DNA of 64,000 nucleotides from contig OY781066.1 of the NCBI GenBank assembly GCA_963676395.1, positions 1,696,001 to 1,760,000 on the forward strand. Reading direction: 5' to 3'. Under the pieces are notes generated by a model that ran no database searches, was not told the origin of the DNA, and saw only the letters and a program-made list of their open reading frames with translations. Within the stretch, counting starts at the first letter, position 1. Each line of letters begins with the position of its first letter. This DNA comes from a bacterium. Lineage in GTDB: Bacteria; Fidelibacterota; Fidelibacteria; Fidelibacterales; Fidelibacteraceae. Shown piece after piece: positions 18,099 to 27,779 of the stretch. Position numbers and translations under genes: made by a program.

Positions 18099-18768
18099 TG
18101 TCGGCCTCCTCAACACTATCAACATAATTTTCTACCTGAAATCGTGGAAGTCTCTGTAATACCTTGGATACAACGACTGCGACAGTTGTTGAAACAACGG
18201 TTGCAATAATAACCGGAGCAATGATTTCAGACGGGTTTGATGAACCCGCAGCGGTTCTGATACCGATAATGGTTGCGGGGATAATGGTAACCGATGAAGT
18301 ACTCATCGCCATATAGGTAACTTGGGCATTCGTTGCAATATCTTTATGCTTGTTGAGTTTTTGCATATCAGCAAAAGCTTTTAATCCTAAAGGTGTTGAG
18401 GCATTACCCAATCCCAACATGGTAGCTGATAATGCCATAATGATAGATCCCATAGCAGGATCTTCTGGGGGAATTTCAGGGAAGAGTCGAACCATAACAG
18501 GTTTTAAACCTCTGGCAAAAACATTAATTAAGCCGGATTTTTCGGCAATTCGCATAATGCCAAGCCATAAAGCCATGAGGCCAACAAGACCTAAAGCTAA
18601 TTCAACGGCAAATTTTGAATATTCGAATACTGAATTCGTAACCATTGCCAAAGGCTCGGGTGAAGCGAAAAAATAAATACCCAGGGGAGTGATTGTAATC
18701 CCCAAACAACGAATAGCTGCAACAACTACACCAATAATGATCATAGCTAGCCAAATTACATTTATCAT
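18091..18768 (-). CDS. spmA: SpmA-like nucleoside recognition membrane protein
   Basis: MIN.IW, LWLGIMRIAEKSGL, LFPEIP, MLGLGNASTPLGLKA. Confidence 0.9.
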   Translation of the reverse strand: MINVIWLAMIIIGVVVAAIRCLGITITPLGIYFFASPEPLAMVTNSVFEYSKFAVELALGLVGLMALWLGIMRIAEKSGLINVFARGLKPVMVRLFPEIPPEDPAMGSIIMALSATMLGLGNASTPLGLKAFADMQKLNKHKDIATNAQVTYMAMSTSSVTIIPATIIGIRTAAGSSNPSEIIAPVIIATVVSTTVAVVVSKVLQRLPRFQVENYVDSVEEADNE

Positions 18769-19005
18769 AAGCTCTCCTTAAACAAGCTGTTTAATATTGA
18801 TAAATAAAATACTTTTATCAGTCGAAAATGTAATGAAAAATGCTCGGATGAACAAAGGGTTATTGAGATAATATGTATCCTAAAGACTAGAATTGAAACC
18901 GAGTAAAGAAGCAATACATTTCATCTCTATTCGCTAGTTTTTATTCATTATTCTTTAGTCAAAATACCAAGAATGGTTTTGTTCTTTCCCCATAAAATAT
19001 ATTTA

Positions 19006-20217
19006 TTATGCTTCTCTACTTAACTTAAACTTTTGCACCCAGCGTTTTTTAAGAAAAACTTCAGGATTCCTATTGGTTAATCCCAGTTCTTCATATGCAG
19101 CGGAGTGAATAAGTTGCCGCCATTCAAAATAATTGGGATATTTATATGTACGATCGGGATGAACCGCATTGGTTAATAGGATTACATACACATCATTTTC
19201 AGCATCGATCCATAAAGATGTACCGGTGTAACCTGTATGGCCAAAGGAATGGGGTGAGATATAAATACCACCCGAACTTTCACCTTCCGGACTATCCCAG
19301 CCTAAGCATCGTGAAGAGCTTTCGCTAATTCTGGATGTGAAGAGTTTGATGGTCTCGGGTTGGAATATTCTTACACCTTCAAGTTCCCCTTTATGTAGCA
19401 TCATACGACAAAATAAACTTAAATCAGGCGCCGTCGAGAATAAACCGGCATGACCTGCAACTCCACCCAAGCTATGCGTATTCTCATCATGTACCCAACC
19501 ATGGATCAAAACATCACCTTCATACTCTGTGGGAACGATTCTGTTTAGTAAGTCAGGATTAGGATTATAATCGGTATCTTTCATGCCCAGTGGCGCAAAG
19601 ACATGCTTTTTTAAGTACTCATTTTGAGGCATGCCGGAGATCTTTTCTACGATCTTGCCCATTAACATTAGACCTATATCGGAATATTTTGTGCTATCGC
19701 CGGGTTTATAGTAGATTTTGCTGTCATAAACTGAATCCCATCTGGCTTCAACACTGCAGTCCATTTTGTAAAATAATCTAAAAGGTTCAAAACCGGCTGA
19801 GTGAGTTAACAGATGTTTAACCGTGATCTCTTTTTTTAATCTGGTGCTTTCGGGATCTGGACCTTTTAATTGAGGTAGATAAGTGATCACTTTATCATCA
19901 AGAGAAAGCTGTCCGCTTTCTACCAACTGCATCACGGCGGAGGTTGTACCAATTACCTTTGAAACAGATGCTAGATCAAATATATCATTTATTTTGGTTT
20001 TAACCTTCTGGTCATAGGTATGATAACCAACCGCTTTATGGAAAACTATTTCATCTCCATGGCCGATTATTAGTACTGCACCCGGCCATGCCGAATCGGC
20101 AACAGCGTCAGCTAAAATTGTTTCAAGTGAGGCATATTTGAGTCCTTTCGTTCCACAACTTGTAAAAAGTATGAGTACTAACAAAAATGTAATAAAAAGT
20201 GCAGATAGTTTTTTCAT
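19006..20217 (-). CDS. Serine hydrolase lipoprotein, beta-lactamase class C/AmpC-like family
   Basis: Lipobox LFTSC; FDLASVSK (SxxK), LLTHSAG, YSD, GHAGLFST, GHTGYTG. Confidence 0.9.
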   Translation of the reverse strand: MKKLSALFITFLLVLILFTSCGTKGLKYASLETILADAVADSAWPGAVLIIGHGDEIVFHKAVGYHTYDQKVKTKINDIFDLASVSKVIGTTSAVMQLVESGQLSLDDKVITYLPQLKGPDPESTRLKKEITVKHLLTHSAGFEPFRLFYKMDCSVEARWDSVYDSKIYYKPGDSTKYSDIGLMLMGKIVEKISGMPQNEYLKKHVFAPLGMKDTDYNPNPDLLNRIVPTEYEGDVLIHGWVHDENTHSLGGVAGHAGLFSTAPDLSLFCRMMLHKGELEGVRIFQPETIKLFTSRISESSSRCLGWDSPEGESSGGIYISPHSFGHTGYTGTSLWIDAENDVYVILLTNAVHPDRTYKYPNYFEWRQLIHSAAYEELGLTNRNPEVFLKKRWVQKFKLSREA

Positions 20218-20296
20218 GTTTAGTCCCGTTTTTTAATTGACGGATATTGCAAAAAAAAGTGTAAATTTCAAAGCTAAAATATTTATTGAGGTAAGA

Positions 20297-21304
20297 ATGA
20301 AAAATAATTTGCGAATTTCTATTTTGATCATGTTTGGATTCTTGCTTTTGTGCTCATGTTCAAGAGCACCTCTTATGACGATTTATGGTAAAACCATGGG
20401 GACGTGGTATACCGTTAAAGTACATGGTGTTAAAAATGATAATGATCGTGAGCGTTTACAATTAGCCATTGATATGGCACTCGAGAAGATCAATTTAAGT
20501 GTAAATACCTACAATCCTGATAGTGAGATTTCAAAATTTAATGCTTTATCAAAAGTAGATTCATTTTCTTTATCAAAAGATTTCATGCGTGTGGCAAGAA
20601 TCGCAAAAAAGGTATATGATGTTTCCGGGGGTGCTTTTGATCCAACTGTCAAAATTCTTGTAGATCTCTGGGGTTTTGGAGCCAAAGGTCTGGTCTGGCC
20701 TACTGATATCGATTTGAACGAAATACTGGAAAACGTTGGATATAATAAATGTACCTTGCTTGATAACGCTATTTTAAAAAAAGATCCTAATATACAGCTG
20801 GATTTTTCTGCCATCGCTAAGGGCTATGGTGTTGATTTGGTGCTAGAGGAGATCGCAGCATTGGGATATGATGATATTCTTGTGGAAATTGGTGGTGAGG
20901 TTCGTGTTTTAGGCAAGAATGGTACACGCACATGGAAGATTGGTATCGCAGTCCCCAGTGATGATAATATTGGGAATGTCAAAGCGAATGAGCGTCTTGA
21001 ACTACATGATATTGCCTGCGCAACATCAGGTGATTATCAGCAGTTTTATATTCAAGATGGGATTAGATATTCTCATTTAATAAATCCTAAGACCGGCTAT
21101 CCTATTCGACATGAAGTTACATCTGTAACCGTTATTGCTAAAAATTGCATGCTTGCCGATGCCTGTGCTACGGCAGCTATCGTTTTAGGTAAGGATAAGG
21201 GATTGGCTTTTATCGAATCAATGGAAGATGTTGAAGCATATTTTATTTATCGGGTAGGGGATGAATTGAAAACGATTCAGAGTCAGGGGTGGGAGAAGCA
21301 GTAG
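20297..21304 (+). CDS. apbE: FAD:protein FMN transferase lipoprotein
   Basis: GKTMGT, GAFDPTV, DFSAIAKGYGVD, EIGGE, ATSGDY, SHLINPKTG, ADA.ATA; start reset to MKNNL. Confidence 0.95.
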   Translation: MKNNLRISILIMFGFLLLCSCSRAPLMTIYGKTMGTWYTVKVHGVKNDNDRERLQLAIDMALEKINLSVNTYNPDSEISKFNALSKVDSFSLSKDFMRVARIAKKVYDVSGGAFDPTVKILVDLWGFGAKGLVWPTDIDLNEILENVGYNKCTLLDNAILKKDPNIQLDFSAIAKGYGVDLVLEEIAALGYDDILVEIGGEVRVLGKNGTRTWKIGIAVPSDDNIGNVKANERLELHDIACATSGDYQQFYIQDGIRYSHLINPKTGYPIRHEVTSVTVIAKNCMLADACATAAIVLGKDKGLAFIESMEDVEAYFIYRVGDELKTIQSQGWEKQ

Positions 21305-21305
21305 A

Positions 21306-21345
21306 TAGTAAGTAGTAAGTAGTGAGTAGTATACTACTTCTAAAC
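21306..21345. repeat. Heptamer array with central palindrome between convergent genes
   Basis: TAGTAAG TAGTAAG TAGTGAG TAGTATA; perfect palindrome AGTAGTATACTACT at 21325-21338. Confidence 0.75.
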
Positions 21346-21361
21346 GACTCAGTTTTACATC

Positions 21362-21898
21362 TTAAATATATTTCACAATCTCATCTATATTTTTTCGCTT
21401 TTTATCACGGATTCGGGTATGCCCCGAATAGCCAAGAGTAATGATAAGTACAGGCTTTTTAGGTGATTTAATGCCTAAAATTTTCATGATATTTTTAGTA
21501 CGAAACCATCCTAACATACATGTGCCAAGACCTTCCTCGGCAGCTTGAAGGCAAAAGTGTTCGGCGGCAATACCGATATCTATTAGATTGAATTGACGAT
21601 TTTTTAAAATACCACCAATAGCAATGTGCAAGGCAGGCTTCCAAGAATTTATAACGACTAAAACAGGTGCCGAAGGCACCCAACGATTAAATTTAATCAT
21701 AGGACCATAGGTTGCATGAGCAACCTTGTTTTTTAAATCCGTATCCTGTACAACAATGAATTCCCAAGGTTGAGAGTTTGATGCCGAGGGTGCAATATGT
21801 GCAGCTTTAATACAGCGTTCTATTTTTTCTTTTTCGACAGGTTTATCAAGATATTTCCTATCACTTTGACGAGTTTTTGCTAGATCTAAAAAATTCAT
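21362..21898 (-). CDS. Nitroreductase family protein
   Basis: RQSDRKY, APSASNSQPW, DIGIA..H..L.A...GLGTC.LG. Confidence 0.92.
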   Translation of the reverse strand: MNFLDLAKTRQSDRKYLDKPVEKEKIERCIKAAHIAPSASNSQPWEFIVVQDTDLKNKVAHATYGPMIKFNRWVPSAPVLVVINSWKPALHIAIGGILKNRQFNLIDIGIAAEHFCLQAAEEGLGTCMLGWFRTKNIMKILGIKSPKKPVLIITLGYSGHTRIRDKKRKNIDEIVKYI

Positions 21899-22317
21899 AA
21901 TTGAGCTTCTATTTCTTTCTTGTAAAGGGCTTTAAACTGTGCTTCGATTTCATCGCGTACCTCGCGGTATACGCGCATAACTTCAGCACTGCCGTGTGCC
22001 ATATACGGGTCGCGAAATGGCATATGTAAACGATTTCGCACTACACCACGAAAAACCGGACACATCTCATCGGCATAATCACAGACAGTGATAACATAAT
22101 CAAAGGAATCAGAAATATAGTAATCAACATGTTCCGGATAGTGTCCGCTAATGTCAATGCCTTTTTCTTTCATGACTTCAACAGCTTCCGGCATAACGCG
22201 AGAGGAGGGCGATACACCGGCAGAATAGACTTCCAAGTTATTGTTGAATGAATTTAGGAAGCCGTGAGCCATTTGGGAACGGCAAGAATTACCCGTGCAG
22301 ATTACAAGGATTTTCAT
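21895..22317 (-). CDS. arsC: Arsenate reductase, thioredoxin-dependent (LMW-PTP fold)
   Basis: CTGNSCRSQMA P-loop plus ITVC...CP resolving cysteines, DP motif. Confidence 0.88.
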   Translation of the reverse strand: MKILVICTGNSCRSQMAHGFLNSFNNNLEVYSAGVSPSSRVMPEAVEVMKEKGIDISGHYPEHVDYYISDSFDYVITVCDYADEMCPVFRGVVRNRLHMPFRDPYMAHGSAEVMRVYREVRDEIEAQFKALYKKEIEAQL

Positions 22318-22319
22318 AT

Positions 22320-23183
22320 TTAATCTTTCTTTTTTCGTCTGCTTTTAAAGAAGATCATGAGAGCAATGATCAAAATCCAAATTGGCCAATATGCGATAAA
22401 CCAGAAAAAGACTATGCCAATACCTGCAAGTCCATTATCTAACGATCTTAGGAATTTCGCGCCAAAACTTTCAGGTTTTTCGGGAATATAGCTTACAGGG
22501 ACTACCTGGTAGATGTTTATACTCACCTCGCTCATATCAACTTGATGGCTCAAATATTTTAATCGAGCTTCCTGAGATTCGATCTCTTCTTGAAGACGGC
22601 GGATCTTGTCTTCGACCGTCATAATATCTTTGACCGTATTGGCTTTTTGAAGTATCTCACGATAGCGGGTGAGAGCAAGATTCTTGGTCTCAAGACGAGA
22701 TTCAATATCTACGAATTGTTCAGTTACATCCTGCGAAGAAATGCTTTTATCTTCAAGTTTTCGAATTTTATCTTGATCCATCAGTGCATTGATGAAATTA
22801 TGAAAATGTTTTGAAGGGACTCTTAAGGTAAGCGACATGTATTTGCGGTTCCCCGAATCATATTGGCGTTCGTTTTGGACGAGGCCATCATATTCTTTCA
22901 AAGTACTGGATATAAGCGCCAGCGAAGAATCAAGATTGAAAACTTCATAGCGTAAATTTGCGTTTTTGATGACCTTTTGCTCGGTAGTTTGATCTTGCAT
23001 TATACTGTTGGAACCACCGGCTCGTTTACTCATCATAGGCGCGACATCCATCATTGCTGTTTCTTTAGCCATTTTGGAATGACCATCATAATAGTTTTCT
23101 TCGGTTAAAACTTCTCTGTTATTATCATTGCTGCATGATATTAGCAGGATGAGTGTGAATAATGCAAATATAACACGTTTCAT
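22320..23183 (-). CDS. DUF4349 domain lipoprotein
   Basis: Lipobox LISC; KVIKNA.L, LRVPS, DVTEQFVD..SRL, C-terminal TM. Confidence 0.85.
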   Translation of the reverse strand: MKRVIFALFTLILLISCSNDNNREVLTEENYYDGHSKMAKETAMMDVAPMMSKRAGGSNSIMQDQTTEQKVIKNANLRYEVFNLDSSLALISSTLKEYDGLVQNERQYDSGNRKYMSLTLRVPSKHFHNFINALMDQDKIRKLEDKSISSQDVTEQFVDIESRLETKNLALTRYREILQKANTVKDIMTVEDKIRRLQEEIESQEARLKYLSHQVDMSEVSINIYQVVPVSYIPEKPESFGAKFLRSLDNGLAGIGIVFFWFIAYWPIWILIIALMIFFKSRRKKKD

Positions 23184-23194
23184 TTGATCCCTTT

Positions 23195-23626
23195 CTATTT
23201 AACTCCCGTTGATCCGAATCCACCTAAACCACGGTCAGATTCACCAAGTTTTTCAACTTCATATATTTCAGGATGTTTCGGTGTTTGAAAAATAAATTGA
23301 GCTATACGATCCCCCTCAGAAACTTGAAAATCTTCTTCTCCAAAATTTGCAAGAATAACGCCGATCTCGTTTCTATAACCGGCATCAACTGTGCCGGGAG
23401 CGTTCAAGCAAAAGATACCTTTTTTAAAAGCCAAGCCCGAACGAGAGCGAACTTGCAATTCCATTTCCTGAGGTAGTTCTACTGCTAAACCGGTTTTAAT
23501 CAGTGCCCATTTACCGGCGGGAATAATTTTTTCTTCGACAGATGTAACATCGTAGCCGGCATCATAAGCATGTTGTTGTGAAGGGATTATAGCTTTGGGG
23601 GATAGGCGCTTGAATTTAACTTTCAT
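23195..23626 (-). CDS. dut: dUTP diphosphatase
   Basis: AGYD, RSGLA, GTVDAGYR, GDRIAQ, RGLGGFGSTG. Confidence 0.97.
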   Translation of the reverse strand: MKVKFKRLSPKAIIPSQQHAYDAGYDVTSVEEKIIPAGKWALIKTGLAVELPQEMELQVRSRSGLAFKKGIFCLNAPGTVDAGYRNEIGVILANFGEEDFQVSEGDRIAQFIFQTPKHPEIYEVEKLGESDRGLGGFGSTGVK

Positions 23627-23701
23627 GACTTCTTTATTCCTTTATTTTTAAAGATTTTACTTGACTTTAACGTAATTTATCAAGATTATCATTACCGCGA
23701 T

Positions 23702-23785
23702 GCCGAGGTGGTGAAATTGGTAGACGCAGTGGACTCAAAATCCACCTGGCTTCGGTCAGTGCGGGTTCGATTCCCGCCCTCGGTA
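23702..23785 (+). tRNA. tRNA-Leu(CAA)
   Basis: GCCGAGGTGGTGAAATTGGTAGACGC...GTGGA CTCAAAA TCCAC, long variable arm, GGTTCGATTCC. Confidence 0.96.
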
Positions 23786-23791
23786 CAAGCA

Positions 23792-23818
23792 AGGCTCCAG
23801 CGAAAGTTGGAGCTTTTT
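23792..23818. terminator. Terminator after tRNA-Leu
   Basis: GCTCCAGC-gaaa-GTTGGAGC then T5. Confidence 0.8.
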
Positions 23819-23962
23819 GTATTCTGCTATTATATTTAATGGCAGTCACTGCAGGTTCATCCGATAAATTCAATGGTTAAAAATAGGGGAGGAGAGTGAG
23901 AAAAACAACATTTGCTTTTCAATAGCTTTGGGTTTAGGATCAAGGCTGTTGAAAATATATTT

Positions 23963-25480
23963 TTATAAGAAAATCAATGTAAATATAACACCAAGAATAC
24001 CCAATATTGCCAATAAGCCAACCATACGTCGTGGCATTTCTCCATTGTTGCTCATGGCTTTTCCAAACATGCCAAAGACTACCGGGTGGATTAAGAATGG
24101 CATGGCAAAGATAAAGGAAATAAGTCCGGCAGATTCAGCTCCAAACATGCCACCTTGGATAGAGGCAAAGAGTCCGAAATGCGAAATGGCAGATGAATTC
24201 GCCATGGCTGCATATTCCAGTTTCATACCCGACAAATGCAGTAAAATAAACCCACCAAATACGGCAATAAGCTGCCAACCAAGTGAAAAGAAGATCAGTC
24301 CTTTGATCTCTTTACTTTCTTCGTTATTGGATTTGCGTAAAGTCGTGAGTGCAAGGAAAGTTAATATAATGCCGGCAAGGACAATCAATAGAGAAGGTAC
24401 TATTAAAAGCTTCCCGCGGGTGGCACTCATGGCCAGAATCGTAAAGACGAATAAATGACCAAAGAATGGGATGTTGATCATGATCGGTGCTCGCTCTTTT
24501 GCTATATCTCCTAAATCACCGGCAGTACAAGCACCGGTGAGTCCGGAGTGCGATAAAGAACCTGCCATACCGGGTGCCAGGATATTGACTTTATTGACTT
24601 TTCCCAAAAAGACCAACAGTGCCATACCAACGAACATCCAGAAGAGCTGTCCGAAAAAACCAAAGGCCATAACCTGTAGCATGCCGTCCAATTCAAAGGC
24701 TGAGATCAATCTGGAACCACCGATAATAAAAACGGCTGCCAATACCATGGGGATACCGCCAAAAAGTAATGATCTAATGGTGGGGCCGGGTTTCCAGTCT
24801 GAGAATATCATTCCTAACCCACTTGAAAGCAACATAGCAAAAAAGATTTGTGGTAAAGCGATTACATCCTTTACCCATATTGAAATATAGTATGATAAAA
24901 CAAGTATACTCAGAATGGTAAGTATTTCAACAATACCCCGTCCGAGATATTTACGTCTATCGGCAATAATGGCTTTTCTGTCGATAAGGATAAGAGCTCC
25001 GGCAATACCAAAGAATGCGATCAGTGGATAATAAGTAGCAAGATCACCTGTGGTCTGTCCAATGATAATTCGCTTTATTCCTTCAATCCCAAGAAGAATA
25101 AAATAGGCTCTGATGATGAAAACAAACTGTGTGCCTTTAGTACCCAGCATGACTTCGCTATCATTGAGAGTTACATCATCTTTTCCGGGGAGTTTGGGTT
25201 TAAAGAATGTATTTCGGAGCTTTTGACCTCCAACAAAGAAAGTTGCCACAAGTGCTGTGATAGTTACAGCCGAGGCTAATCCTATCATAGGAAATTCTTT
25301 TAGTCCGGGTGTGCCAATTCTCGTGAGCTCAATAATGAGTCCCAGGGTAAGTCCAAAGATCACAATGATCAGAATAGGGGAATATTTACTCCCCGCCACG
25401 ACCGCTCTTGAGATAAGGATAACCGGTAGTAATAATAGTAAAGTCAGCCAAAAGTGGTTCAGGATCTCTAAGTTTGCCAT
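23963..25480 (-). CDS. Uncharacterised polytopic membrane protein, possible transporter
   Basis: 505 aa, many hydrophobic helices, no family motif recognised. Confidence 0.75.
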   Translation of the reverse strand: MANLEILNHFWLTLLLLLPVILISRAVVAGSKYSPILIIVIFGLTLGLIIELTRIGTPGLKEFPMIGLASAVTITALVATFFVGGQKLRNTFFKPKLPGKDDVTLNDSEVMLGTKGTQFVFIIRAYFILLGIEGIKRIIIGQTTGDLATYYPLIAFFGIAGALILIDRKAIIADRRKYLGRGIVEILTILSILVLSYYISIWVKDVIALPQIFFAMLLSSGLGMIFSDWKPGPTIRSLLFGGIPMVLAAVFIIGGSRLISAFELDGMLQVMAFGFFGQLFWMFVGMALLVFLGKVNKVNILAPGMAGSLSHSGLTGACTAGDLGDIAKERAPIMINIPFFGHLFVFTILAMSATRGKLLIVPSLLIVLAGIILTFLALTTLRKSNNEESKEIKGLIFFSLGWQLIAVFGGFILLHLSGMKLEYAAMANSSAISHFGLFASIQGGMFGAESAGLISFIFAMPFLIHPVVFGMFGKAMSNNGEMPRRMVGLLAILGILGVIFTLIFL

Positions 25481-25877
25481 GATTTCACTTCCTTGCTTGT
25501 ATAAATTTACCTATGTCAAATTATTTTGCTTCGGTACTGTTACAGCTGCAATAATAAATGTGTCTTTTTCTTTTATTAATTGTTCATATTATTACATGTA
25601 AAATATAGTAATGCTTCGTTAAATACAATGAAATTAATGTACAGAGGTGCACTGGAAGGTTGTGGCCTTCTCTTATGCTTTGGAAATTGAACATAAAATC
25701 CAATGGCATAATAAATTATGATGGTAGGGGTTATTTTATAAGCATTTTATGATTAATGAACGGCAGCTCTCAAGTATTATTTATAACATTCGTGTAATTT
25801 TTTAAGAAATCACTTCCCAAAATAAAACCCCCGTCAAGGACAGGGGTGAGTATTTTTATTACGTAGATAAAACTGAT

Positions 25878-26675
25878 TTATACACAGAACAGAATATATT
25901 TCATGACATCCATAATGGTATCTGCTTCAAATCTTATCGTGTAGGAGTCGATCAATTTGGCACCGGGATAAAATGATGCCTTGTAAGCGAGTGGATGTTT
26001 GGTGTAACGAGTATCCAGAATATAATGCTCAGGTAATTCCAGTGAGTAGGATTTTAGATCTTTTGCCAGCGCTTTTTCAACACCTGCTTTAATCGCGGGT
26101 ACAGTGAGTTTAGGATTATTACTGAGTGTTGAATTTCCCTCACCCTTAATAGTGGAAACTGTTACGATTTGAGGTTCCATTTTTGCAGATAGTTTACATA
26201 TCCCTTCATCTCCTGAGAGGAAGACGGATGGAACACCATGTGAACGTGCAACCAAAGAATGTATCATGAATTCGGAACATATTTCACCATTCAATGTCAT
26301 TTGATGGATTTTCACTGAGCTCATTGTATGCGACAGAGGATTTTCGTTAGATCCGGAGGGGGAGTGGTATCCTATAAAGGCAAGGGCATCAAAACTTTCA
26401 TCAATACCAAAAACCATAGAATAAGGGTGAGCCCAGTTCCGGATAAGTTTAACTTCTGTGGGCAAATCTTCTACACGTAAATTTCTACCGGAATCATGCG
26501 CATCTTTTACCACGATTTCTGTGGCTCCAGCTGCTAATGCACCTTCGCAGGCGGCGACAACTTCTTTGGTCATCTGTATGCGGAATTCTGAATAATCGGG
26601 ATTATTCTTGTTTGTCTCAGACCAATTGTTGATCCCGGTGACACCTTCAATGTCGGCGGATATGAAAAAACGCAT
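25878..26675 (-). CDS. dppA: M55 family D-aminopeptidase
   Basis: FISADIEG, VKDAH, FIGYH, LSHT, LSGD; start reset to MRFFIS. Confidence 0.9.
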   Translation of the reverse strand: MRFFISADIEGVTGINNWSETNKNNPDYSEFRIQMTKEVVAACEGALAAGATEIVVKDAHDSGRNLRVEDLPTEVKLIRNWAHPYSMVFGIDESFDALAFIGYHSPSGSNENPLSHTMSSVKIHQMTLNGEICSEFMIHSLVARSHGVPSVFLSGDEGICKLSAKMEPQIVTVSTIKGEGNSTLSNNPKLTVPAIKAGVEKALAKDLKSYSLELPEHYILDTRYTKHPLAYKASFYPGAKLIDSYTIRFEADTIMDVMKYILFCV

Positions 26676-26676
26676 A

Positions 26677-26835
26677 TTATGCTTCCTCACCGTCCTCAAC
26701 ATCCCGCAATTCCAACTCATCGTCAAAATCCAGATCAGGGTTCTTTAACAAGAATTTGTCCAAAAGAAATTTTGTGGCAATCCCCAGTCCTGTCATGACC
26801 AGCCCCGCAATGATCAACTTCTTTCCCGTTTTCAT
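26677..26835 (-). CDS. Small protein (52 aa) with N-terminal TM and acidic tail, not in ORF track
   Basis: MKTGKKLIIAGLVMTGLGIATKFLLDKFLLKNPDLDFDDELELRDVEDGEEA*; RBS GGAGG; stop 1 nt before the dppA ATG. Confidence 0.75.
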   Translation of the reverse strand: MKTGKKLIIAGLVMTGLGIATKFLLDKFLLKNPDLDFDDELELRDVEDGEEA

Positions 26836-26918
26836 TTAAGCCTCCAGATTGTTTACCCTAATATACTAAAAGGTAGTAAATTCACAAAGTAAAACAGATT
26901 ATCGAATTAACATTTTTA

Positions 26919-27665
26919 TTAGGCTTTTTTAATCCAATTTGTTTCCATTTTTAGGACACTTTTTTTACTGCTTTGGTTAATAACATGGTGAAGAATCCTA
27001 AATCCATCATGCTTGGGGATCACTTCGCATTGCGATAGGAGTATCTCGCCATAAAATGCTTGTCCTTTGAATGTGATTTGAGCATCGACGAGTTTGGAAC
27101 CCAGAAGGATATTAATAGGGATACTTTCAATTCCAAACTCAACTAATGGTCTATTATTAACATGCTTATTGATGTCAATATCATGCTTGCGAATTCTGAT
27201 TTCTTGTGAATGCTCAATGTTTTTGGGAAGCTCAAGTGAGGGGAAATTATCATCGATGGCTCGTTCATCTACCAATGAATCAAAAATAGGTAGATGTTCT
27301 TCAACATTAACGATTTGCTTGGTTTTGAAATCGTATATAACAAATGAAGATGTCATTCTGGCCAGCTTCTCACCATTTTCGCTTTCAAGCATGAATTCGC
27401 GAAGTGTGAAAAGACCTTTACAGGATGAAGGCCAGGTTTTCATTACCACAGTTTCACCATAGGCGGGGTAGCGTTCTACAGAAATGTGGTAGCGAGACAG
27501 CATCCATGTGAGTCCCTTTTTAAATAAGTCAAAAATGCTCACATTTAAGATCACTGAGTGTTCTGCAGCGATATCCTGCATCATGTTCATAAGAGAGGAA
27601 AAGCTGAGTTTTAGGTCAAGTCCGCACTCGGGCTGACGAATAGTAAAGTGTTTTTCATATTTCAT
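26919..27665 (-). CDS. Acyl-ACP thioesterase
   Basis: Double hotdog pattern, W.L.R, DIDINKHVNN. Confidence 0.9.
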   Translation of the reverse strand: MKYEKHFTIRQPECGLDLKLSFSSLMNMMQDIAAEHSVILNVSIFDLFKKGLTWMLSRYHISVERYPAYGETVVMKTWPSSCKGLFTLREFMLESENGEKLARMTSSFVIYDFKTKQIVNVEEHLPIFDSLVDERAIDDNFPSLELPKNIEHSQEIRIRKHDIDINKHVNNRPLVEFGIESIPINILLGSKLVDAQITFKGQAFYGEILLSQCEVIPKHDGFRILHHVINQSSKKSVLKMETNWIKKA

Positions 27666-27692
27666 GTTTACTCCTGTGTAAGGCGGAAATGT

Positions 27693-27731
27693 AAAGTTAA
27701 AAGGAAAAAGTTAAAAGGAAAAAGTCAAAGG
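27693..27731. repeat. Tandem 14-mer/heptamer array
   Basis: AAAGTTAAAAGGAA x2 + AAAGTCAAAGG. Confidence 0.75.
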
Positions 27732-27779
27732 CTTAACAAATATTGGATAAGTTTACAAAGTTTATATGTTTGTTGGGAT

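Noticed and set aside
23667..23873. 68-aa ORF (and the 60-aa ORF at 53078-53260)
   Set aside because: Both overlap tRNA genes and are shadow translations.
25640..25700. AGAGGTGC resembling the start of a lysine riboswitch
   Set aside because: Wrong strand for the neighbouring genes and no further conserved elements.
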